Below, piece by piece: positions 18,040 through 26,111 of a stretch of 64,000 bases of DNA (position 1 is the stretch's first letter; every line of letters starts with the position of its first letter). The notes under the pieces were generated by a model that was given only the letters and a program-made list of their open reading frames with translations, was not told the origin of the DNA and ran no database searches. A program made the translations under genes and the position numbers. The stretch is from an uncultured Gammaproteobacteria bacterium (GTDB lineage: Bacteria; Patescibacteriota; Patescibacteriia; Patescibacteriales; WJLG01). Location: assembly GCA_964547855.1 (NCBI GenBank), contig CAZJPG010000001.1, positions 82,632 through 146,631 of the forward strand, read 5' to 3'.

Positions 18040-19272
18040 CTATTTAGCCACGAACAACAAAGCGTTCGGTATGCTACGACCAGGACCGATCTTATATTCG
18101 TTGTTGTAATAAAGGGCGGTGGAATTTCCTCCATCTAAATTCATGGCATAATCCATCTTTAAAGCCTTCATCACTGCCGCCAAATCTTCTACTGTAGCGT
18201 TTCTAACGAATACTAGATATATGGTGCCGGCAGGATTGATACCAGCCTTGGTATAACCAATGGCGTTGCGCCAAGTCTTGGTCGTTCTTTGTCCATAATC
18301 CATATCAGAGGACTTAAGCACCACTGAGCCATTCTCTATTAGGCCAGGCTTATTGCTTATGGCCGCTGAGACTTTTTTCCCAGTCAACGATTCGAAATTA
18401 TCTACGCTCCTAAAGTCGGAAGCGGCGGAAAAATAATAGAATTTATTATCTTCGTCGAAAACCATCATTGGTCCAGTGGTCGGATACTTAGTCTGATCTT
18501 CATTTACCATGGTCTTTGATAACGTGTTATACACTGGCGAAAAATAATATCCGAGCTTAGAGCCCGTGTCGAAATAGCTACCGTTAACAGCGGCGAAGGC
18601 TTTATGATTGGCCACATAATCATAAAGCGATTTGGTAGGGCAATTAGAAGAACACTTCTCCACTCCAGCGGTATCGGTAACGACTTTTAGACTTAATTTA
18701 CTCAAAGCTATTTCCACGATATCGACATAAAAATCACCGCGATCGGTTTTTACGGTTTGGCGATATTTATAATTGCTAAAATTATTAGCGGCGTCATCCT
18801 TTTGAGCCTTAGGTATGGTATTCAAATTAGCCTTAGTTATCCCAAGCCCCAAGCGACGCATCACGGAGAATGCATCAGAAGGGCGGCCAAGATAATATTT
18901 TTTCAAATCGACCGGATTGACATACCAAGACTCACCGTTCTTTTCGACGCGCAAAAGAATGCGGCCGGAAAGTTTTTTGGCGAAAGCACGGTCGCCGGAA
19001 GCTGACGTACCTTCCTGGGCGATTCTCTGAAAATCCGCTTCAGACACACCAAGAGCCATTGTGCGCATCAAATTGAAAGCATCGGTCGGCCGACCCAGAT
19101 AAAAACGCTCCTTACCAACTGGATCGATATACCAAGCCTCACCCTTGCCCTCGACATCCAGAAGGATTCGACCAGACAAAGAATCAGCTAGTCCAGCGGC
19201 ATAGACCGGTGTAGCTGCCTTTGGGATCACAAAGGAAAGTACCAAAAACAAGATAAAAAAACCTTTTTTCAT
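18040..19272 (-). CDS. Secreted phosphodiester glycosidase (NAGPA-like) family protein with two N-terminal ~55-aa repeats
   Basis: Signal peptide MKKGFFILFLVLSFVIPKAATPVYA (start at 19272 preferred over 19350). C-terminal part has AAVNGSYFD and AMNLDGGNSTALY. N-terminal part has the duplicated SGRILL.VE..GE.WY..PV....YYLGRP.DAF..MR..(A/G)LG(V/I) motif. Confidence 0.72.
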   Translation of the reverse strand: MKKGFFILFLVLSFVIPKAATPVYAAGLADSLSGRILLDVEGKGEAWYIDPVGKERFYLGRPTDAFNLMRTMALGVSEADFQRIAQEGTSASGDRAFAKKLSGRILLRVEKNGESWYVNPVDLKKYYLGRPSDAFSVMRRLGLGITKANLNTIPKAQKDDAANNFSNYKYRQTVKTDRGDFYVDIVEIALSKLSLKVVTDTAGVEKCSSNCPTKSLYDYVANHKAFAAVNGSYFDTGSKLGYYFSPVYNTLSKTMVNEDQTKYPTTGPMMVFDEDNKFYYFSAASDFRSVDNFESLTGKKVSAAISNKPGLIENGSVVLKSSDMDYGQRTTKTWRNAIGYTKAGINPAGTIYLVFVRNATVEDLAAVMKALKMDYAMNLDGGNSTALYYNNEYKIGPGRSIPNALLFVAK

Positions 19273-19305
19273 ATGATAGATTTTAATTTTCTCCCTGATA
19301 ATACT

Positions 19306-19334
19306 AGTATATACCCTAATATGGCAGTCGACAA
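19306..19334 (-). promoter_or_regulatory. Possible promoter of the phosphodiester glycosidase gene
   Basis: Minus strand: TTGTCG, 17 nt, TATACT, about 35 nt upstream of the ATG at 19272. Confidence 0.3.
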
Positions 19335-19335
19335 A

Positions 19336-19364
19336 TTGACAAAAAATCACTTTTTACCTAAAAT
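19336..19364 (+). promoter_or_regulatory. Near-consensus sigma70 promoter of the orphan two-gene cassette
   Basis: TTGACA (19336-19341), 17-nt spacer, TAAAAT (19359-19364). The SD sequence AAGGAGG follows at 19408-19414. Confidence 0.55.
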
Positions 19365-19421
19365 AACCAATGCTACTTTTTTAGACCTTTTTCAATTAAC
19401 AGTCCCAAAGGAGGGTGCTTA

Positions 19422-19892
19422 ATGGTTTATTTCGGGATTAACCCCAAGTTTAGCCCATTTTACGGAACAGTGATCTCTCAACAAGAGACATTAAATGGGG
19501 TGTATCTACCTCACCAGGTCATTAAGAATGGCCACGGCGATGTATTCTTTGCAAAGAAATTCTCCGGAATCATCACCGACGAAACCAAGAAAAAAGTTAA
19601 CGTCGAGGCATCGCCGAGAAACGATATGAGCCGCCTGGTGATCACGCCGGATATAGGCAACGTAACGGGCAAAGTTCTGGGGGCAGACAGTTTTGCATTA
19701 GGCCGAAACGCCTTCTTCAATTATCTGGAAATTAGTCTTCCTGATGGAGGGATAATTTACGTCGCCTTCAGGCCAAGACCGTCCGAGAGAAGAACTATGG
19801 CGCGTCCCCTTGTCGGAAAAACGATCGAAATCAAAAAAGATCAATTGTTCGTTTTGAGTGGCAAAGGAGAAAAAGAAGCATGGCCGAAATAA
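19422..19892 (+). CDS. Hypothetical protein (156 aa), no family recognised
   Basis: AAGGAGG lies 7 nt upstream of the ATG. The ORF is flanked by a promoter and a terminator and overlaps the next ORF by 13 nt. Confidence 0.6.
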   Translation: MVYFGINPKFSPFYGTVISQQETLNGVYLPHQVIKNGHGDVFFAKKFSGIITDETKKKVNVEASPRNDMSRLVITPDIGNVTGKVLGADSFALGRNAFFNYLEISLPDGGIIYVAFRPRPSERRTMARPLVGKTIEIKKDQLFVLSGKGEKEAWPK

Positions 19893-20173
19893 CTTGCACG
19901 GTTTGGAAAGTGAGCTATAACGGCCTTAGCCGGAAAAAATACACGGCTAAATTCCAAGCGATGCGGGGTGTCATAAAATGTCATGAACGCCTAGACGACG
20001 CGCTCTTGTTCACTATGACCTCTGTTAAAAGAATATTGGTCGGGAAGAAAAGGGCGCAGAAAAAGATCACCAGCTACTTCGCCGTAAAGTACGACGAACT
20101 TGAAGGTGAGACACCGCTTGAAATTCAAAACAAGACTGTCACGGTTAAGCCCAATGGGATAACGGTCGAATAA
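19880..20173 (+). CDS. Hypothetical basic protein (97 aa), no family recognised
   Basis: AAGGAGA lies 9 nt upstream of the ATG. Lys/Arg-rich (RKKYTAKFQAMRG, VGKKRAQKK). Followed by a strong terminator. Confidence 0.55.
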   Translation: MAEITCTVWKVSYNGLSRKKYTAKFQAMRGVIKCHERLDDALLFTMTSVKRILVGKKRAQKKITSYFAVKYDELEGETPLEIQNKTVTVKPNGITVE

Positions 20174-20185
20174 AAAACGACCACC

Positions 20186-20216
20186 TGCCGAACTCCAAAT
20201 CGAGTTCGGCATTTTT
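20186..20216 (+). terminator. Rho-independent terminator of the orphan cassette
   Basis: TGCCGAACTCcaaatcGAGTTCGGCAttttt: perfect 10-bp stem followed by T5. Confidence 0.78.
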
Positions 20217-20280
20217 ATTGCACGGCATTGGCTAAAAACAAAAAAGGCGGATATTATCCGTCTTTTTTATTTCTCATTCT

Positions 20281-21282
20281 TTATTTGTTGTCTTTGGCTA
20301 GCTGGCCACAGGCTGCTTTGATGTCGGTTCCGAACTTATGGCGCTGAACGACTTCAATGCCTTCTTTTTCCAGAATTCTTTTAAACGCAGCGACATCCTC
20401 TTTATCGGCTGGTTGATATTTCCCGGTCGGATTGTAGTTAACTAAATTAACCACAAATAATTTTCCCAACTCCCTATTCAAAACATCGGCCAACTCCAAA
20501 GCATGTTCCTCTTTTTCGTTTATGTGTTTAAGCATCACATATTCGATCATTACTTTCCGGTTGGTCTTTTTAATGTAATCAGCGATAGCTTTAAGCAAAG
20601 ATTTAAACGGATAGTTCTTAGATATCGGCATGATCTCGTTGCGGATACCTTCGTTCGGAGCGTGCAAAGAGATAGCTAAGTTCAACTGTAAAGGCTCGTT
20701 GGCGAATTTTTTTATACCATCGATGATGCCGACGGTAGAGATCGATATCTTGCGCGCGCCGATATTAAAAGTCTCTTCATCATTAAAGAAGCGAACGGCC
20801 TTCATAACTTCGTCATAATTCAAAAACGGCTCACCCATGCCCATGAAAACTATATTGGAAACGCGTTCCTCGGTTTTTTTTAAGCGACGAGCGAACAGAA
20901 GGACTTGCTCGACGATCTCATAAGAATCCAAATCACGAACAAAGCCATGGCGACCGGTATAGCAAAAAGTGCAGGCCAATTTACAGCCAAGCTGTGATGA
21001 CACACAGACAGTGTTTCTGTCATCGTGCTTCATTAAAACGGTCTCGACCACTCCGCCATCGACCTCGATAGCTGCTTTGGCCGACTGACCATTTTGGCTC
21101 TCCAAGACTTCAGCCTTAATATCGAGAGGTGCTTCGGCCTTCAATCTGTCGCGTAAAGCCGATGGTAGGTTAGTGGCCTCGTCCCAATCTTCGATAAATT
21201 TTGAAAAGACCGCCTCATAAACTTGCTTGGAGCGGAATTTTGGCTCATCTTTAAGTATTTCTTGTATTTTAGCGATATTCAT
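20281..21282 (-). CDS. rlmN: 23S rRNA/tRNA (adenine-C2)-methyltransferase, radical SAM
   Basis: 333 aa. FRSKQVYEAVF, VCVSSQLGCKLACTFCYTG (CxxxCxxC), MGMGEPFLNY, and the C-terminal catalytic Cys context DIKAACGQL. Confidence 0.92.
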   Translation of the reverse strand: MNIAKIQEILKDEPKFRSKQVYEAVFSKFIEDWDEATNLPSALRDRLKAEAPLDIKAEVLESQNGQSAKAAIEVDGGVVETVLMKHDDRNTVCVSSQLGCKLACTFCYTGRHGFVRDLDSYEIVEQVLLFARRLKKTEERVSNIVFMGMGEPFLNYDEVMKAVRFFNDEETFNIGARKISISTVGIIDGIKKFANEPLQLNLAISLHAPNEGIRNEIMPISKNYPFKSLLKAIADYIKKTNRKVMIEYVMLKHINEKEEHALELADVLNRELGKLFVVNLVNYNPTGKYQPADKEDVAAFKRILEKEGIEVVQRHKFGTDIKAACGQLAKDNK

Positions 21283-21361
21283 TGAATTTAGAATAGTGAA
21301 TCATGAATAGTGAATAATAATACTTTTTTTAAATTAAGTCAAATAACACATTTATATATCT

Positions 21362-21393
21362 AAAAACCCTTTTCCAGTAAGAAAAGGGTTTTT
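21362..21393 (-). terminator. Rho-independent terminator after the cyclophilin gene (symmetric)
   Basis: AAAAACCCTTTTccagtaagAAAAGGGTTTTT: 12-bp stem, 13 nt after the stop at 21406. Confidence 0.7.
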
Positions 21394-21405
21394 GATTCGA
21401 TTTCT

Positions 21406-22038
21406 TTATTTTACAAGCTCTATGTCTTTTATGACAATCTCTGATGTCGGGTGGTCATTTTCGTTCGTCGGCAGATTTTCTATCTTGTCGACAATATCCA
21501 TTCCCTTGATGACCTGACCGAAGTTAGTGTGCTTGCCGTCCAACCAAGGAGTCGATTCGGCAGTGACGATGAAAAATTGAGAGCCATTGGTATCTGGTCC
21601 AGAATTGGCCATGGCCAAAGATCCGCGGACCAACAAATGTGAATTGAATTCATCAGCAAAACGATAACCAGGGCCGCCGCGACCATCATTGCCCCAGTCA
21701 TCATCCTTAGAATTAGGATCGCCTCCCTGAATCATAAAATCCTTAATGATGCGATGAAAAGAGGTTCCATTATAGAGTCCTATTTTGGCCAAATTCATAA
21801 AATTATTTACCGTGAACGGAGATTCTCCGTTATAGAACTCAATCTCTATGTCGCCGAGATTAGTCTTTATGATCGCCCCTTTATATTCTTTATAGAGATC
21901 CTCAAAAGAATTAGGATCGGCCTTGTCTGGACTCTGCTTAGCAGTTTCGTTGTTCATAGTTTTTTCATTGATAGCGCCTTGGCCGGCACATCCAGCCAAA
22001 ACTAGAATGAAGAACAATGGGATAATTAATTTTTTCAT
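21406..22038 (-). CDS. Cyclophilin-type peptidyl-prolyl cis-trans isomerase, lipoprotein
   Basis: Lipobox LAGC after a signal sequence. FHRIIKDFMIQGGDP, LAMANSGPDTNGSQFFI, LDGKHTNFG. Confidence 0.92.
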   Translation of the reverse strand: MKKLIIPLFFILVLAGCAGQGAINEKTMNNETAKQSPDKADPNSFEDLYKEYKGAIIKTNLGDIEIEFYNGESPFTVNNFMNLAKIGLYNGTSFHRIIKDFMIQGGDPNSKDDDWGNDGRGGPGYRFADEFNSHLLVRGSLAMANSGPDTNGSQFFIVTAESTPWLDGKHTNFGQVIKGMDIVDKIENLPTNENDHPTSEIVIKDIELVK

Positions 22039-22060
22039 TCTTGATTTTTAATTCTTAATT

Positions 22061-23218
22061 TCAATTGACTATCCTCTCCCACAAGACCTTGAATTTGCCG
22101 GCCGCGCGAGAAATATCGTGTACGGTCACTAGGACCAATAGGGCGATAAGGAAAAAGAATCCAGCGTTATGTATAGCCGCTTCCCAATCGCGTCTAACAG
22201 GAGAGCCTTTGAATTTTTCGATAAGTAGAAAAATGATGCGTCCTCCGTCCATGGCAGGGAAAGGCAAAAAATTAATGACAGCTAGATTCAAGGATAATAA
22301 AGCGGTGAATTGCATCAAATAAATGAAACCAAGGCGAGCGTATTGTCCGGTCATGGAGGCAATACCGACTGGTCCTACGACCTCTGTGGTCAAGCCATGA
22401 CCCATGAATAGATTCTTTATTATATTCCAGAAAGCCACGATGATCATCCACATGGTCAATAAGGCAGTGACTACGCCCTTCCAAATCGCCAAATACCAAG
22501 GGTAACGCACTAAGCCAGCGTTGGTTATCATTATGCCGGCTTCGCCTTTGCCTTTATTATCATTCAAAGTCAGAGGATAATCGGCTGTCTCTCCGCTCTC
22601 CCTCTTTATCTTGTACACCGCCTCCTGTCCAGGACGCGAACCAGTGTATTCTCTGAGTTCTCCATCGTTCACAAAAGAATTACCGTCGATCGAGACGATC
22701 TCATCTCCATCCTTAAGACCAGCTTTCTCTGCTGGAGAATCGGCTACAACCTGAACGATGATTATCTTTTGATCGCTGACTATCGCCGCCTTATCATTCG
22801 GATCGACGCCTTGCGGCAACCCGACCATATATCCAACGGCGAATATCACGGCAGCCAAAACGATGTTCATTATGACTCCGGCCGAAATTATTATCAAACG
22901 GCGCCAAACAGGTTTAGACACGAAACTATCGGGATCCTTGTCGGAACCATCTTCGCCTTTAATACGACAGAAACCTCCCAAAGGCAACCAATTCAAGGAA
23001 TATATCGTATCAGCGGCATCCAAGACCTCGCCATTACCTTTGATCGTCGCCCATTTACCATCGACCTTCTTATAAATACCAAAAGCGCGCGGCGGGAAGC
23101 CGAAACCGAACTCCTCCACCTTGACCCCTAACTTCCTTGCGGAATAGAAATGCCCGAATTCGTGCACGAAAACTAACACAGACAGAACCAGCACGAATGT
23201 TATTATAGTGATAAGCAT
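22061..23218 (-). CDS. rseP: Site-2 (M50) zinc metalloprotease RseP/RasP family with a PDZ domain
   Basis: HEFGHF in the first TM helix. PDZ-like SPAEKAGLKDGDEIVSIDG. C-terminal NFLPFPAMDGG motif. Confidence 0.9.
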   Translation of the reverse strand: MLITIITFVLVLSVLVFVHEFGHFYSARKLGVKVEEFGFGFPPRAFGIYKKVDGKWATIKGNGEVLDAADTIYSLNWLPLGGFCRIKGEDGSDKDPDSFVSKPVWRRLIIISAGVIMNIVLAAVIFAVGYMVGLPQGVDPNDKAAIVSDQKIIIVQVVADSPAEKAGLKDGDEIVSIDGNSFVNDGELREYTGSRPGQEAVYKIKRESGETADYPLTLNDNKGKGEAGIMITNAGLVRYPWYLAIWKGVVTALLTMWMIIVAFWNIIKNLFMGHGLTTEVVGPVGIASMTGQYARLGFIYLMQFTALLSLNLAVINFLPFPAMDGGRIIFLLIEKFKGSPVRRDWEAAIHNAGFFFLIALLVLVTVHDISRAAGKFKVLWERIVN

Positions 23219-23299
23219 TTTATCTCTTTGAATCTCTGGTCATTGGAACCCTTATCTTCGTGACTAGGGATTCAAAATTCAGAATTCAAAATTCAAAAA

Positions 23300-23854
23300 T
23301 TATATTGTCATTATTTCTTGCTCTTTTTTGTCGCGGATAGCCTTGATCTCGTCATTTAATTTTTTAACCTCTGATTCAAGCTCACTGGAAAAACGCTCGG
23401 CCTCGTCCTCTCCGATGGCGCCTTCCTCTTCGGCGGCCTCGATGGCTTTCTTAACGGCCTCACGAACCTGGCGAACGGAGACGCGCGCGCCCTCCATCAT
23501 GTCATTGAGCTTCTTTACTAAGTTCTTACGATTTTCCTCGGTCATCGGCGGCACGGTCAAGCGGATCTTGTCACCTTCGTTGACGACGCCTAATCCCAAA
23601 TCTGCCTCTTGTATAGCCTTCTCTATGTCCTTAAGAATGCTCTTGTCCCAAGGAGCTATGGTCATGCTCTTGGCATCGGCCACGCTGACGCTAGCTATGG
23701 AAACAAGCTGATTCTTTATGCCGTAAGCCTCCACCATGACATTGTCCAACATGGCGGTGGCGGCACGACCCGTGCGCAAAGCCGATATTTCCTTTCTAAA
23801 AAATTCAATTGCCTTATCGAATTCCCCCTTCTTTTCCTGTAAATACTGGTTCAT
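23300..23854 (-). CDS. frr: Ribosome recycling factor
   Basis: 184 aa. LRTGRA...LDNVMVEAYG, ITIAPWDKS, LGLGVVNEGDKIRLTVPPMTEE.R..LVK. Confidence 0.95.
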   Translation of the reverse strand: MNQYLQEKKGEFDKAIEFFRKEISALRTGRAATAMLDNVMVEAYGIKNQLVSIASVSVADAKSMTIAPWDKSILKDIEKAIQEADLGLGVVNEGDKIRLTVPPMTEENRKNLVKKLNDMMEGARVSVRQVREAVKKAIEAAEEEGAIGEDEAERFSSELESEVKKLNDEIKAIRDKKEQEIMTI

Positions 23855-23890
23855 ATTTTTAGATGATTTAATAATTTCTTTATAACTGGT

Positions 23891-24946
23891 TTATTTTTTG
23901 ATCGTCCTCATACCCATATATATTATGTTGGGCTGATCGGGGCGGACCACGATCTTCCAACCGGCGCGGGAAGAAGGCAATTTCTTAGCCGACCAACTAA
24001 CGCCGCCATCGAACGAACTGTAAAAAGCTGTGCGGGTCGCATAATATATCTCTTTCGGATCTTTAGGATTCATCGCCACCGAATTAATGACCGCATCTTT
24101 CTCTGAAGTTATAAGCTCGATCTTCGACCAAGTCTCACCCTTGTCCTCTGACCTGATCATGCCTGTGGCGGTAACTGCCAACATCAAACTGTCGTCGGCC
24201 AAGGAAAGCGAGAAGTCCTCGACTTTATTGCTATTCTTAAAATCCTTCATCTTATCCTTCAAACCTTCCCAATTCTCACCATTGTCCGATGATCTATACA
24301 TGCCATTGCCATTGGTCGAAAGATATATAGTACGGCTATCTTGCGGGCTAGCCTCGATTTGTAATATGCGATAACCGGAACGCAACACTGGTCGCCAAGT
24401 AATTCCACTATCGGAACTTTTAAAGACATCTCCTTTACTGGTGCCTATGATAACCTTCTTAGAATCATAATGATCGACTATGACGGCCGTCACTTCAGTG
24501 GATGGGTCGTTGTCATAATATACTTGTTCATAGGTACGGCTGCAATCCTTAGAGAAGAAAAGTTTGTTGCCGATCGCGGCATAGATCGAACATTTATCAT
24601 CCGGAGTCACGGCCACGGAGTTTACCGTTCCCTGCGGCAGGGCCGAGGCTTTTTGCCAGCCATTATTGAGATCGTATGAGTAATACAGACCGTTCCCTAT
24701 GCTGCCAAAATATACGGCATTGACGTCGGATGGGTCAAGGACCAAGCAGGCGACATCCAACCCCTTGATACTATCGACGCCCTTGGTCGTCGGCACGGCC
24801 AAAGCCTGTCCCCAAGTCTGGCCTTTATTCGTACTGACGAAAAGTCCTCCGTCATATCCAGAAGTATCTTTGGTCTTTACAGACACGCTACAGCCAGACA
24901 AAACTAAACCCAAAATGGCTGAAACGATCAAAGCTTTTTTCTTCAT
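23891..24946 (-). CDS. Lipoprotein with BNR/Asp-box repeats (beta-propeller, Ycf48/sialidase-like fold)
   Basis: Lipobox LSGC. Five SxDxGxxW-type motifs: STNKGQTW, SSDSGITW, SSDNGENW, SEDKGETW, SFDGGVSW. Confidence 0.7.
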   Translation of the reverse strand: MKKKALIVSAILGLVLSGCSVSVKTKDTSGYDGGLFVSTNKGQTWGQALAVPTTKGVDSIKGLDVACLVLDPSDVNAVYFGSIGNGLYYSYDLNNGWQKASALPQGTVNSVAVTPDDKCSIYAAIGNKLFFSKDCSRTYEQVYYDNDPSTEVTAVIVDHYDSKKVIIGTSKGDVFKSSDSGITWRPVLRSGYRILQIEASPQDSRTIYLSTNGNGMYRSSDNGENWEGLKDKMKDFKNSNKVEDFSLSLADDSLMLAVTATGMIRSEDKGETWSKIELITSEKDAVINSVAMNPKDPKEIYYATRTAFYSSFDGGVSWSAKKLPSSRAGWKIVVRPDQPNIIYMGMRTIKK

Positions 24947-24947
24947 A

Positions 24948-26000
24948 TCATTGTTTAATATTGATAGCTATATTTTCCAAGACTAGCTTGGGATTAACGT
25001 TGGCGCGTACTTGCTCCTCTCCTACTCTTAGCAGGTCAAAAATCTTAAAAGCACCGGCCGCTCCGATACCACGCGCGGCTTTTTCCAAATCGTCGCGCCT
25101 ATCTTCATGTTGTATCCTGTCTCCGTTGTTCGAGAAAAGTAATAAAGCATCACGAGCCGCACCCTGCCAAATACTAATTATTCGCAAGGCTCTTTCAACT
25201 TTATCTTCCTCCCCGTCCTTGTCGAGCAATCGATCGACAGAGCTTATCCTATCGTTCAACCCTAAGCGGAATAGATCGATGAAGACAGAGGCCTTTTCGC
25301 GATACCCTTCGGCAAATTCCTTCTCCTCGACGAATCGAGCCGCCAAGGCTGGCCTACCAAGCGACAAACGCGAAGCTATCTTAGCCTCGCTGCGCCCAAC
25401 GCCCAATTTTTCGACCAGATGATCATGGATCAAAGAAGTGTCCACTGGCAAGAACCTTAGAACTTGGCTGCGAGAAACTATAGTGGCCGGCAATGAATCC
25501 AACCTAGAAGTCGTCAATATTATCACGACCTTATCTTGTGGCTCTTCCAAGGTCTTTAAAAGTGCATTAGCGCCATCCAGCGATAGATCGTCGGCATCCT
25601 TGACGATTCCGATCTTGTAAGAATTAAGAAAAGAACTCAAAGAAAGCGAATGTATGAATTCACGGACATCCTCGATAGAGATATTCTTTTTTCCCTCTGG
25701 TCTTTTAAGTAAATGCAGATCGCCATGCACCGAGGAAAGGTCGTTGCCCAATCCCTTGGTCTGACGACAAGAGACGCAAGAACCGCAAGGATGGGAAAAC
25801 GCGCCTTCTTTTCTTTTTTGGCAAAGCAAGCTCTTAGCAAAATAAGTAGCTGCGGCAGTTTTGCCGATATCTTTAGCGCCTAAGAATATATATGTATGGG
25901 AAAGTCGGTTAAAAGCAAGGCTTTTTTCCAAAAAATCCGTTACATTACGGTTCCCACAAAGAGGCCAATCGGTTTTATCATTAAAAACGCCTTTTTCCAT
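24948..26000 (-). CDS. holB: DNA polymerase III delta-prime subunit
   Basis: HTYIFLGAKDIGKT (degenerate Walker A), zinc-module-like CGSCVSCRQ, NALLKTLEEP, SRSQVLRF. Confidence 0.8.
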   Translation of the reverse strand: MEKGVFNDKTDWPLCGNRNVTDFLEKSLAFNRLSHTYIFLGAKDIGKTAAATYFAKSLLCQKRKEGAFSHPCGSCVSCRQTKGLGNDLSSVHGDLHLLKRPEGKKNISIEDVREFIHSLSLSSFLNSYKIGIVKDADDLSLDGANALLKTLEEPQDKVVIILTTSRLDSLPATIVSRSQVLRFLPVDTSLIHDHLVEKLGVGRSEAKIASRLSLGRPALAARFVEEKEFAEGYREKASVFIDLFRLGLNDRISSVDRLLDKDGEEDKVERALRIISIWQGAARDALLLFSNNGDRIQHEDRRDDLEKAARGIGAAGAFKIFDLLRVGEEQVRANVNPKLVLENIAINIKQ

Positions 26001-26111
26001 GCTTCCAGCTTATCATTTTAACGCCGGCATATCAAGGTCCTTTTACCTTGATTTTTCGATAAAATCCTGTTAAAGTTGGACTCATAGAAACATTAAGGTC
26101 TTCTATATAAT

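Noticed and set aside
18039-19350. N-terminal extensions of ORFs 17772..18134 and 18040..19350 (and likewise 61738..62568)
   Set aside because: Each extension overlaps the upstream gene or promoter elements and encodes non-protein-like sequence. Internal ATGs (18038, 19272, 62475) give, respectively, a clean gene junction, a signal peptide, and an SD-preceded start.
19422-20173. Calling the orphan cassette a type II toxin-antitoxin system
   Set aside because: Only the architecture supports the idea (two small, overlapping genes forming an autonomous unit). I see no recognisable toxin fold, antitoxin DNA-binding motif or operator palindrome. It is kept as a hypothesis in the findings, not as an annotation.
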